Notes under the pieces: model-generated
Databases searched by the model: none
What the model was told of the DNA's origin: nothing
The model's input: the letters and a program-made list of their open reading frames with translations, nothing else
Position numbers and translations under genes: made by a program
Part shown: positions 19,889 to 28,747 of the stretch, in pieces
Position numbering within the stretch: position 1 is the stretch's first letter
Layout of the letters: each line of letters opens with the position of its first letter
Assembly (NCBI GenBank): GCA_963713975.1
Contig: OY970218.1
Location: 3,488,001 to 3,552,000 of the forward strand
Direction: 5' to 3'
Length of the DNA: 64,000 nucleotides
Source of the DNA: an uncultured Chloroflexia bacterium
Lineage (GTDB): Bacteria > Chloroflexota > Limnocylindria > Limnocylindrales > CSP1-4

Positions 19889-22789
19889 ATGGCACCCCGT
19901 AACGAGCGCCCGACGCCGGCGCGGCCGGCGAAACCCCGGACCGCGCGCTTTGCAGCGGTCGTCGCCGAGCCGTCCGGGCCGGGCCTTGCGCCAGGGCGCG
20001 ACCCGCTGCGGCGCGACGTGAAGCTCCTTGGCTCGCTGCTTGGCCAGGTGATCGCCGAGCAGGGCGGCCGCGAGCTGTTCAGCCTCGTCGAGCGCACCCG
20101 GCGATGGGCGATCGCGCTGCGACGCGGCGCTCTCTCGACCCCTGCCGAGGCCCCTGCGGATCATGGCCGGCTGACGGCCGAGGTCGCGACGCTCGATCTC
20201 GAGACCCTGGCGTCGGTGGGCAAGGCATTCACGCTGTACTTTCAGCTCATCAACCTCGCCGAGGAGCGGCAGCGGATCCGGATGCTGCGCACGAGGGCGC
20301 GCAGGGCGCGAGGAAGGGCGATCGACGATTCCATCGCCGAGGCCGTGACCATGCTGGGCGCCATCCACGGGCGCGATGATGTCGCGGCGATGTTGGCCCG
20401 GGCCAACGTCCACCCGGTGCTGACCGCCCATCCAACCGAGGCGCGCCGGAGGACGCTCCTGGTCGCCCAGCGCCGGATCCGTCGCCTGCTGGACTCGCTG
20501 GATGATCCCCTCACGACGCCGGACGAGGACGCCGACGTGCGGCGGCGGATCCGGGAGGAGATCTCGCTCCTGTGGCACACCGGCGATGTCCGCTCGATCG
20601 CGCCGACGCCCCTCGACGAGATCCGCTCCGAGCTGGCGATCTTCGACGAGACGCTGTTCATCGCGGTGCCCAGGTTCCAGCGGGCCGTCGACCGGGCGCT
20701 GGACGCGGTGGCCCCACCCCCGGGGCCCGGGGCCGTGGCCGGCGACACGGGCCTCACCGGTACGCGGCCCGTCGGCGCGCCGGCGCTGCTCCGCTTTGGC
20801 TCGTGGATCGGGGCTGATCGGGACGGCCACCCCGGCGTGACGTCCGATGTCACCCTTCAGGCGGCCCGCCTCCAGGCCGACCACCTGCTCCGGGGCTACC
20901 AGGCCGTGTGCTCCCGCCTGATGCAGACCGTGGCGGCGCGCGTCCCGGCCGACCGCCTGGACCGGGCGCTGGACACCGCCCTCGTCCGTGACGCGGAGGA
21001 GCTGCCGGACACGCACCGCCAGCTGCGCCGGCGCTTTCCGGACGAGCCGTATCGACAGCGCCTCGGCGTGATCGCCGAGCGACTCCGCCGGACCCGTGCG
21101 GCGCTGACCGGGGAGACGGCACCCCGCAGCGGCGGCTACCGCGACGCCTCCGTCCTCGACGCCGAGCTCGCGGTGCTCCAGGAGGCGCTGGTCGCCGACG
21201 GGCTGGCACGTGTCGCCTGGGGCGAGCTCGCGGATCTCCGCTGGCAGGTCGGAACGTTCGGGTTCCACCTGGCCTCGCTCGAGGTCCGCCAGCACGCCGC
21301 CGTCCATCGGGCCACGCTCGCCGCGCTCCAGGACGGCAGCGACCCGGAGACCGAGGTCACCGGTGGGGTCACGGCCGCCGAGGTCCTCGCCACGTTCCGC
21401 TCGATCGCGCGCATCCAGGCGCGCTTCGGCATCGAGGCCTGTCACCGCTATGTGATCAGCTTCACCACGTCCGCACGTGACGTCGCCGCCGTCCTGGAGC
21501 TCGCCCACGCCGCCGCGGGGCCCGAGCCGTTCGGGCGGCCGTCGCCCACGCTTGCCGACCTGGCCCCGGCGATACCCGTCCTGGACGTGGTGCCCCTGCT
21601 GGAATCTGCCGATGCCCTGACCGACGCAGGTGCGCTCCTCGATGAGCTGCTCGCCGATCCCGCCTACCGCGCGCACCTGCGTTCGCGGGGCGATGCCCAG
21701 GAGGTGATGCTGGGGTACTCCGACTCGTCCAAGGAGAGCGGGTTCCTGGCCGCCAACTGGCAGCTCTACCTGGCGCAGGAGGCGCTGGTGGGGACCGCCC
21801 GCCGGCACGGCGTGACCCTCACCCTGTTCCACGGCCGGGGTGGGGCCATCGGGCGGGGTGGTGGGCCGGCCACCCGGGCGATCCTCGCCCAGGCCCCGGG
21901 ATCCGTGGACGGCCGCCTCAAGTTCACCGAGCAGGGCGAGGTGATCTCGGCGCACTACGCGGACGTGACGATCGCCCAACGGCACCTCGAGCAGGTCACC
22001 GCCGCGACGCTGCTCGCCTCGACGCCGGAACACGAGCGCGAGACGGCCTCCGCGGCGGCCTCGGGCCGGCCCACGATGACCGAGCTGACCTCGATCTCGC
22101 GGAAGGCCTACCGGGCACTGGTGGAGCACGAGGGCTTCGCCGAGTTCTTCGAGGCCGCGACGCCGATCGACCTCATCGCCGGCCTGGGCCTCGGGTCGCG
22201 GCCGTCATCCCGCCCGCGAGGCGCACGGGGCGCCAAGGGCGGCACGCTGGACCTCAACTCGCTGCGGGCGATCCCGTGGGTGTTCGCCTGGTCGCAGTCG
22301 CGCGGCAACATCCCCGGCTGGTATGGCCTTGGCTCGGCCCTCGAGACCGTGACCAGGCAAGGCGGGCAGGCGATGGTCGATCACCTGCACGAGCTGTACC
22401 GGACATGGCCCTTTTTCGCTTCCGTGATCGACAACGCCGAGCTGTCCCTTGCCAAGGCGGATCTCGCGACCTTCCGGCGCTACGCCGGCCTGGCCGCCGG
22501 ACCCGACGCGGTCGCCATCCGGGACCTGGTCGCCGCCGAGTTCGCCCGTTCGGTCAGGCTCCTCCTCCTCGTCACCGGCCACGCCCGACTGCTCGAGGGC
22601 CACGCGACCCTCGCCCTGTCGATCGACCTGCGCAACCCGTACGTGGATGCACTGTCGGCGATCCAGGTGGAGCTCCTTGGCAGGCTCCGGGATGCGGAGG
22701 GAAGCGATCGGAGCGACGCGACGGCCATCCGGGGGGTCGTCGGCGCCACCATCAACGGGATCGCGGCCGGGCTCCAGAACACCGGGTAG
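19889..22789 (+). CDS. ppc: Phosphoenolpyruvate carboxylase
   Basis: VLTAHPTE, GSWIGADRDG, QEVMLGYSDSSK, FHGRGGAIGRGGGP, LRAIPWVFAWSQ, terminal LQNTG. Confidence 0.96.
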   Translation: MAPRNERPTPARPAKPRTARFAAVVAEPSGPGLAPGRDPLRRDVKLLGSLLGQVIAEQGGRELFSLVERTRRWAIALRRGALSTPAEAPADHGRLTAEVATLDLETLASVGKAFTLYFQLINLAEERQRIRMLRTRARRARGRAIDDSIAEAVTMLGAIHGRDDVAAMLARANVHPVLTAHPTEARRRTLLVAQRRIRRLLDSLDDPLTTPDEDADVRRRIREEISLLWHTGDVRSIAPTPLDEIRSELAIFDETLFIAVPRFQRAVDRALDAVAPPPGPGAVAGDTGLTGTRPVGAPALLRFGSWIGADRDGHPGVTSDVTLQAARLQADHLLRGYQAVCSRLMQTVAARVPADRLDRALDTALVRDAEELPDTHRQLRRRFPDEPYRQRLGVIAERLRRTRAALTGETAPRSGGYRDASVLDAELAVLQEALVADGLARVAWGELADLRWQVGTFGFHLASLEVRQHAAVHRATLAALQDGSDPETEVTGGVTAAEVLATFRSIARIQARFGIEACHRYVISFTTSARDVAAVLELAHAAAGPEPFGRPSPTLADLAPAIPVLDVVPLLESADALTDAGALLDELLADPAYRAHLRSRGDAQEVMLGYSDSSKESGFLAANWQLYLAQEALVGTARRHGVTLTLFHGRGGAIGRGGGPATRAILAQAPGSVDGRLKFTEQGEVISAHYADVTIAQRHLEQVTAATLLASTPEHERETASAAASGRPTMTELTSISRKAYRALVEHEGFAEFFEAATPIDLIAGLGLGSRPSSRPRGARGAKGGTLDLNSLRAIPWVFAWSQSRGNIPGWYGLGSALETVTRQGGQAMVDHLHELYRTWPFFASVIDNAELSLAKADLATFRRYAGLAAGPDAVAIRDLVAAEFARSVRLLLLVTGHARLLEGHATLALSIDLRNPYVDALSAIQVELLGRLRDAEGSDRSDATAIRGVVGATINGIAAGLQNTG

Positions 22790-22864
22790 CCCAGCGCCGC
22801 GGACCCGCACGCGGCACCATGGTCGCAACGCGCCGGCACGGCGCACGCACGAGGAGACGGCGCG

Positions 22865-23983
22865 GTGCGCGAGATCCGGGCGGCGGTCATCAACGCGGCG
22901 GGCCAGCGGACCGCCATCGAGACGCTGCGCCTCGACGACCCGGGGCCGGGCGAGGTCCTGGTGCGCATGACCGCGGCGGGCGTCTGCCACTCCGATCTCC
23001 ACGTCCGCGACGGGCACTGGAAGCGCCCCGGGCCGATCGTGATGGGCCACGAAGGCGCATGCGTGGTCGAGGCCGTCGGGCCGGGCGTCGATCCCGATCT
23101 CGTCGGACGGCCGGCGGCCCTGTCCTGGTACGCGCCGTGCCTGCGCTGCCGCGAGTGCCAGCGGGGCCGCCAGTGGCTCTGCTCCGGATCGCCGTCCCTG
23201 CGCCACTCGCAGGCAGACGGGACGACACGCCTGTCCCGCGCGGATGGATCGCCGGTCCTCGTCTACCTCTCGATCGGGACGATGAGCACGCGGCAGGTCG
23301 TGCCGGCGACCGCGGTCGTGCCGATGCCCGACGGCGTACCACCCGAGGTGGCCGCCCTGATCGGCTGTGGGGTCTCGACCGGCGTGGGAGCGGTGGTCAA
23401 GACCGCCGACGTGGAGTCCGGTTCGACAGTTGCGGTCATCGGCCTCGGTGGCGTCGGCCTCTCGTGCGTCATGGGCGCGGTGCTCGCGGGCGCGCGCCGG
23501 ATCGTCGCGGTGGATGTCAACCGGGCCAAGATCGATCTCGCCATCGGGCTCGGTGCCACGCACGGGGTCCTGTCGGATCCGGCCGATCCGCCTGGAGCCG
23601 TCGAGGCCATGCGGGCAGCCGCGGGCGATGGTGGACCGGACTACGTGTTCGAGGCCATCGGACGTCCCCAGACCATCGCCCAGGCGATCGCGGCCCTGCC
23701 ACCCGGCGGAACGGCGGTGCTCGTTGGCCTCACCCGGTTCGGCGAGGAGGCATCGTTCGAGGCGTTCCCGTTCGTCGACGGCGGGCGGCGGATCCTGGGC
23801 TCCAACTACGGGTCCGCTGTTGCCTCAATGGACTTCCCGCGCTATGCGGATGCCTACCTCGCGGGGCGGCTGCCCGTGGACCGGCTGATCGACCGCCACC
23901 TGCCACTGGGCGATCTGGAGGACGCCTTCGACCGTCTCCGGGCCGGCGAGGCCGCCCGCCAGATCGTGATGTTCGAGAGCTGA
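22865..23983 (+). CDS. Zn-dependent alcohol dehydrogenase (class III-like)
   Basis: GVCHSD, GHEGA, C..C..C.......C, GCGVSTG, GLGGVG. Confidence 0.92.
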   Translation: MREIRAAVINAAGQRTAIETLRLDDPGPGEVLVRMTAAGVCHSDLHVRDGHWKRPGPIVMGHEGACVVEAVGPGVDPDLVGRPAALSWYAPCLRCRECQRGRQWLCSGSPSLRHSQADGTTRLSRADGSPVLVYLSIGTMSTRQVVPATAVVPMPDGVPPEVAALIGCGVSTGVGAVVKTADVESGSTVAVIGLGGVGLSCVMGAVLAGARRIVAVDVNRAKIDLAIGLGATHGVLSDPADPPGAVEAMRAAAGDGGPDYVFEAIGRPQTIAQAIAALPPGGTAVLVGLTRFGEEASFEAFPFVDGGRRILGSNYGSAVASMDFPRYADAYLAGRLPVDRLIDRHLPLGDLEDAFDRLRAGEAARQIVMFES

Positions 23984-23989
23984 GCGGCT

Positions 23990-25960
23990 CTACGGAACGT
24001 CCACCTGCCGCACGGCCAGTACGCCACGGTCGTCACCGATGCCATCCAGCACGACCTGGTAGCGCATGCCGGAGGCGAGGCACCCGACCCGCACCGAGCC
24101 GGCTCCTGCCGGGCCCGTGGCCTCCAGCACCCCATCCAGCGTGAGGCCGCCGCCGGGCATCAAGCCGGCCGAGGCCGGGAAGGCCCGGACCGCCACGCTC
24201 TCGGCATCGATCCCGGACAGATCGTAGGCCACATCGACGCTGGTGCAGGCACCGGCGACCGGCGCGAGAGCGACCTGGTCGAGGCAGAAGTCGACCCCGC
24301 CGAAGACCGCGGACTCCCCGCACGAGGCGCCGCCCAAGGCGTCGAGCCTGGTCATCGGCCGTGCGAACGAGCCCTCGGCGAGATGTGCGTACGGCGACAG
24401 ACTGGTCCCGAGCTTGAACACGGGCGACGCGACCTCGGACAGCGCGACCGTGAACCCCGCCACGCCGCTGCCGGTCGTGAAGGTGCCGACCGGGCTGGCT
24501 CCCGCCGTGAGCCCACTCCCGGCCACCGCCTGGAAGGCGTACGTCGTGGCGGCCTTCACATCGAGCCGGGCGAGGGTGACGATCGTGCCGAGCAGGTTCA
24601 TCGAGGACATCGACGATGCCTGCAGCACGCTCGCCGGGCTCTCGCCCTGGACCCAGAACTTGACGTCCGCGGTGGCCGGTGGGTCCACGGTGAACCCGAC
24701 GATGGCCACGTTGGCGCGGTCGGAGTCGACGAACACCACGTTCACCTCGGGGCCGCTCGGAAGCTGGAGGAGCGGTTGGTCACCCGCGCTGAAGACGGCC
24801 TCGAGCCCGACCGGACACGATGCGAGCCCCGGGTTGATCAGGCAGATGTCGAACAGGGGCACGAGGTCGATGCCGGTCCGCACCGGGCCGACCACTGGTG
24901 GCTCCACGGGCAACGGCAGGACGAGGTCCAGGTCTCCGGGCTCGACGGGCATGAAGCCCGACGGGACCGGCACGGGTGTCACGCCCGGATCGAGGGACGC
25001 CGGCGCGTCGGTCGCGTCGGGATCGGGCGTGCTGGAGGCGCCGCCGGCGTCCGGCGGGATCGGGAGAACGTCCGGACCCACCACGTCGGGCGCGACGCCG
25101 CCCGGCGGGAAGGCCCACATCGCCGGGATGCGGCCGCCACCGAACGCCATCGCGAACGCGTCGACGACCGAGGCCGGCCACCAGTCGCCCTGATAGCCCC
25201 CGCCGGGGCGGCCGAGGGGGTCGATGACGTAGTAGGCCTCGGGGATGCCCCGCTTGGCATTCCCCGGGTAATAGCCGTCGAGGTAGATCGCGTGCCCGCC
25301 GGTGAAGCTGGGCTGGAGACGCAGGCCCGCCGGGATCTCGCCGTAGACGCCCTGCACGACGGCGCCGTACCCCGAGGCGAGGAGGTCCTTGAGCTGCTGG
25401 GGACGGAGCAGGCCGGATGGCGCCGAGACACCGTAGCCGCGCCACAGCGCCTGGGCCAGGTCGTTGAGGCCCGTGCCGCCGTCCTGGTCGTCCTGGAGCG
25501 TCCGCAGCACGGATCCATTGGTGACGATCCCGAACGCCAGCCGCGCGAGCATGGACCCCGAGGCAAGCGTGCAGTTGGCGCCCTGGAACGGACCCCCATC
25601 GAACTGGGTGATCGGCCTGATCCGCGGGAACCCCGTCGGGTCCACAAAGGACGCAGGGGCCGCGGCAGCCGGCTGCTCGCCGTCTCCGAGGAGGGCCGCG
25701 GCGGCGGCGCTCAGGTCCTCAGGTGCGAGGCCCCCTGTGGCCACCAGGTCCGCGGCGATGTTCTCGTCGAACGCCACGACGGGCCCCGGCCCGGACGGCG
25801 TGTCGGCGCCGGCGAGCATGTACTCCGGGGCCGCCCCGGCCGACGAGACGGGCGAGCGGTCCTGCATCGCGGCGACCACGACGCTGGCGATCACCGCCCC
25901 GATGAGCGCGCTTATCCCGAACACGAGGATCCTGGGCAGGAGCGCCATCACGCGGCTCAT
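23990..25960 (-). CDS. Membrane-anchored/exported protein with a papain-like (C39-like) peptidase domain and C-terminal beta-rich domains
   Basis: N-terminal TM; QFDG....ANCTLASGSM, GGHAIYLDGY, YYVIDPL give the Gln/Cys/His/Asp order; Pro-rich linker. Confidence 0.65.
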   Translation of the reverse strand: MSRVMALLPRILVFGISALIGAVIASVVVAAMQDRSPVSSAGAAPEYMLAGADTPSGPGPVVAFDENIAADLVATGGLAPEDLSAAAAALLGDGEQPAAAAPASFVDPTGFPRIRPITQFDGGPFQGANCTLASGSMLARLAFGIVTNGSVLRTLQDDQDGGTGLNDLAQALWRGYGVSAPSGLLRPQQLKDLLASGYGAVVQGVYGEIPAGLRLQPSFTGGHAIYLDGYYPGNAKRGIPEAYYVIDPLGRPGGGYQGDWWPASVVDAFAMAFGGGRIPAMWAFPPGGVAPDVVGPDVLPIPPDAGGASSTPDPDATDAPASLDPGVTPVPVPSGFMPVEPGDLDLVLPLPVEPPVVGPVRTGIDLVPLFDICLINPGLASCPVGLEAVFSAGDQPLLQLPSGPEVNVVFVDSDRANVAIVGFTVDPPATADVKFWVQGESPASVLQASSMSSMNLLGTIVTLARLDVKAATTYAFQAVAGSGLTAGASPVGTFTTGSGVAGFTVALSEVASPVFKLGTSLSPYAHLAEGSFARPMTRLDALGGASCGESAVFGGVDFCLDQVALAPVAGACTSVDVAYDLSGIDAESVAVRAFPASAGLMPGGGLTLDGVLEATGPAGAGSVRVGCLASGMRYQVVLDGIGDDRGVLAVRQVDVP

Positions 25961-25961
25961 G

Positions 25962-27536
25962 TCACCGGCACGCCATGGGGTACGGTCCGTCCGTCGGGCT
26001 CCGCGTCTTCCCGCCGTACTTGTCGGTGGTCACGGCGTAGAGGGTGAGCTGGCTGCCCTTCGAGAAGGTATTGCCGTTGAACGTGGCGGTCGTGCCCACG
26101 TAATTGTTGAAGTTCCCGTTGCGCTTTGCTGTGACCGTACCCGAGATCGACACGGCACCTGTCGGGTTGGTGAGTTTCCAGTGGAAGACCACCCTGAGCC
26201 CGTATTCCGGCTGGTCACGGTCATCCGCGTAGGTGCCGATTGGGATCCTCGCCGCGGCCGTGCACGGGTAGACCTCGCTCGTCGGGAACACGTTATCGAA
26301 CTGGGCCTCGGTGTCACAGCGCTTGATCGTGATCGACTTCGTGCTCGTCTGGCTGGCCTTGTTCGTGTCGTCGACCGCCTTGATGTACCACTTGAGGCTG
26401 CCCGTGGGCGGATTGGGGATCGTGATCTTGTCGCCCAGGGTGTCCAGGTTGGCGTACCACTTGCCGGCGAGCGTCTGGTTGTCCATCGGCTTCGACGACC
26501 AGCTCGTGCTGCCCGGACGGCGGTAGAACAGCGTGACCGACTTGACCCCGTCACCGTCCTTCACGGCGGCCGTGATGTCGGTGGCCGTCTGGCAGTTGCC
26601 GGGTGCCCCCAGCGGGTCCCAGGACAGCGACGAACCCGAGGAGGACTTGACCGCGGTGATCGTCGGGCCCTCGTTGACGCAGACGGCGACCGTGATCGAG
26701 TCGGAACCACCCGAAGGGAGCCGCCTGGTCTCCCCCGCCGTGTCCGTGGCGACCGCGTAGTAGGCGAGCTTGCCGGCCTTGGTGATCCCGTCCGAGGTCG
26801 TGTCCAGCGTGGCCTGCCACGTCCCGCTCTTCGCGGTTCCGGCCGTCCGGGTCATCGTCGCCTGGGCATAGCCCGTGGCCCCCGGCTTGCGCCAGAACAG
26901 CGTGACCCGGTCGAGGCCCGTGCCGTCCTCGGCCTGGATCCTGAACGTGACCTTCTTGACCGCCGTCCTGCAGTAGGCGCCCGTGTCGTAGCTGATCTTG
27001 CCGGTGGACGCCGTGAGGGCCGTCAGCGACGGCCTCGCGTTGGGCGTTGCCGACGGCGCGCTCGTCGGCGTCGCGGTCGGCGCCGTAGAGGGCGGCGCGG
27101 AGGGCGGGTTGGCGGCGACGGCGGTGAACGACTCCGTGGGTCCCAGCGCCACCAGCGGCGCGCCTGGCTCCGGCGCACACTCTGCCACGGGGAGGCTCGC
27201 CACGGCCCCATCCACCGTCAGCGGCGACCGCTCGACCCAGCCCTCGGACCGCCCGGGCAGTGGTACGTGGATCCGCAGCCACGCGCCGTCCTCGGTCCGG
27301 CCGGTGGCCAGCACCTTCTGGCCCGCCTGGACCATGACCAGCGCGGGGCCCGTCTCGGGGCACGGGTAGACGGCCAGGCGGCCGGTGGCACTCCCTTGCT
27401 GGGAGCCGGTGGCGCCGGCCGCGAGCCCGCCCCCGAGGGTGCCGACCACGATCCCCCCGACGACCAGCGCGGCCGCAGTCCCAGGCCCGCCCAGGCTCGC
27501 GACGGCGCGACCCAACGCCACCCCGATCGCGCTCAT
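25962..27536 (-). CDS. Exported protein with an SH3-like domain, Pro/Thr linker and repeated Ig-like domains
   Basis: Hydrophobic N-terminus; GRTEDGAWLRI...GWV (SH3b-like); two similar D.DG...VTLF(W/Y)R.PG...W.A.LDT..D.IT units. Confidence 0.6.
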   Translation of the reverse strand: MSAIGVALGRAVASLGGPGTAAALVVGGIVVGTLGGGLAAGATGSQQGSATGRLAVYPCPETGPALVMVQAGQKVLATGRTEDGAWLRIHVPLPGRSEGWVERSPLTVDGAVASLPVAECAPEPGAPLVALGPTESFTAVAANPPSAPPSTAPTATPTSAPSATPNARPSLTALTASTGKISYDTGAYCRTAVKKVTFRIQAEDGTGLDRVTLFWRKPGATGYAQATMTRTAGTAKSGTWQATLDTTSDGITKAGKLAYYAVATDTAGETRRLPSGGSDSITVAVCVNEGPTITAVKSSSGSSLSWDPLGAPGNCQTATDITAAVKDGDGVKSVTLFYRRPGSTSWSSKPMDNQTLAGKWYANLDTLGDKITIPNPPTGSLKWYIKAVDDTNKASQTSTKSITIKRCDTEAQFDNVFPTSEVYPCTAAARIPIGTYADDRDQPEYGLRVVFHWKLTNPTGAVSISGTVTAKRNGNFNNYVGTTATFNGNTFSKGSQLTLYAVTTDKYGGKTRSPTDGPYPMACR

Positions 27537-27603
27537 ATTGTGGCCCGAGGACGCATAGCCGTGTGTCTCCTGCGGCAGGATAGGCACAGCGCGGGGTGAT
27601 CGG

Positions 27604-28740
27604 TCAAGACCCCGGTACTCCCAGGACCACGATCTCGCTCAGTGCAGCATCGTCGAACGGCGTCCCCGACACGGACGTCTTGGCGGCCGCGTAAGTGGAG
27701 ACGATCGTGATCCGCAGGGTGGTGGCCGCGTCCGTCGCGGGCAGCTTGATCCGCTGAGGCTCGGGCGTATCGTCGAGGCGGACCTCGACGGGGGCGCCGC
27801 CGTTCACCGAGATCCTTACGTCCTTGAGGCGCCGGTTCCCGCGGTAGAGCGCCTTCGACGCGTTGTAGCCATTCGACAGGATCACCGCGGTCACCCGCGC
27901 GGGCTCGAACGCCACCTCGATCCACTGGCCCTTCTCGACCGTGTCGCCCTCCTGCCAGGCGGTCGCGGGGTCGCCGTCGATGGCGCTGGCCGGCTGGAAG
28001 CGGGCGAGGTCGCCCACGACCGACGAGGCGGTGGCGCCGCTCAGTACGAGCGCAACAGGCTTGGCCGGCGCTCCGGATGCCGGGGCCGATGGAGCGCCGG
28101 ACGCCGCGCTGGAACCGGGCGCGCCCGACGGAGCCTCCCCGGATGCGGTGGCGACGCCGGGCACGCTCGGCCCGCTGGTCGCCTCCGATGCCGGCCCCTC
28201 GCCCTGGAGCAGGAAGCTCGCTCCGACCACGGATGCCCCGATCAGCAGTCCGGCGAACGCCACCAGCACGATCCACCTGCCGAGCCCGCGCGAGGACGGT
28301 TCCTCCGGCTGGGTGCGCACCGTCCGCACGGCGGCGGTCGTGGCAGCGGGCGGCCCGCCGGATGCGGCAACCGCCGCCGCGATCTGCGCCGCGGAGGGCT
28401 GGGCGACGCGCTGTGCATCCGCGAGCTTCGTGCCGCAGGCCTGGCAGAACGTGCGCGACGCCGCGTTCGCGATGCCACAGGCCGGGCACCGGATCAGCCC
28501 GGGATCCTCGACCGGCGCGGGCGCCTCAGCCCGCGGCGGGGCGGGCGCCGCGGGCCCAGGTCCGGGGGCGGCGGTGACGACCGGGACGTCCGGATCGCGG
28601 GGTGATGCAGGCACCAGGACCGCGTCCGTCTCCGGCTCGCCCTCCCACTCGAGGAACGCCCCACAGGAACCGCAGAACTGGTCGCCCGGGACGTTGTGGA
28701 AGCCGCAGCGGCGGCAGATCAGGCGGCTGTCGGCGGTCAC
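27604..28740 (-). CDS. Double zinc-ribbon + TM + discoidin/F5-8-like protein (CisA-like paralog)
   Basis: CRRCG...FCGSCGAFLEW, CPACG...FCQACG, one TM, ATASS...AIDGDPATAW...ALSEIVV. Confidence 0.75.
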   Translation of the reverse strand: MTADSRLICRRCGFHNVPGDQFCGSCGAFLEWEGEPETDAVLVPASPRDPDVPVVTAAPGPGPAAPAPPRAEAPAPVEDPGLIRCPACGIANAASRTFCQACGTKLADAQRVAQPSAAQIAAAVAASGGPPAATTAAVRTVRTQPEEPSSRGLGRWIVLVAFAGLLIGASVVGASFLLQGEGPASEATSGPSVPGVATASGEAPSGAPGSSAASGAPSAPASGAPAKPVALVLSGATASSVVGDLARFQPASAIDGDPATAWQEGDTVEKGQWIEVAFEPARVTAVILSNGYNASKALYRGNRRLKDVRISVNGGAPVEVRLDDTPEPQRIKLPATDAATTLRITIVSTYAAAKTSVSGTPFDDAALSEIVVLGVPGS

Positions 28741-28747
28741 GGTCGGG

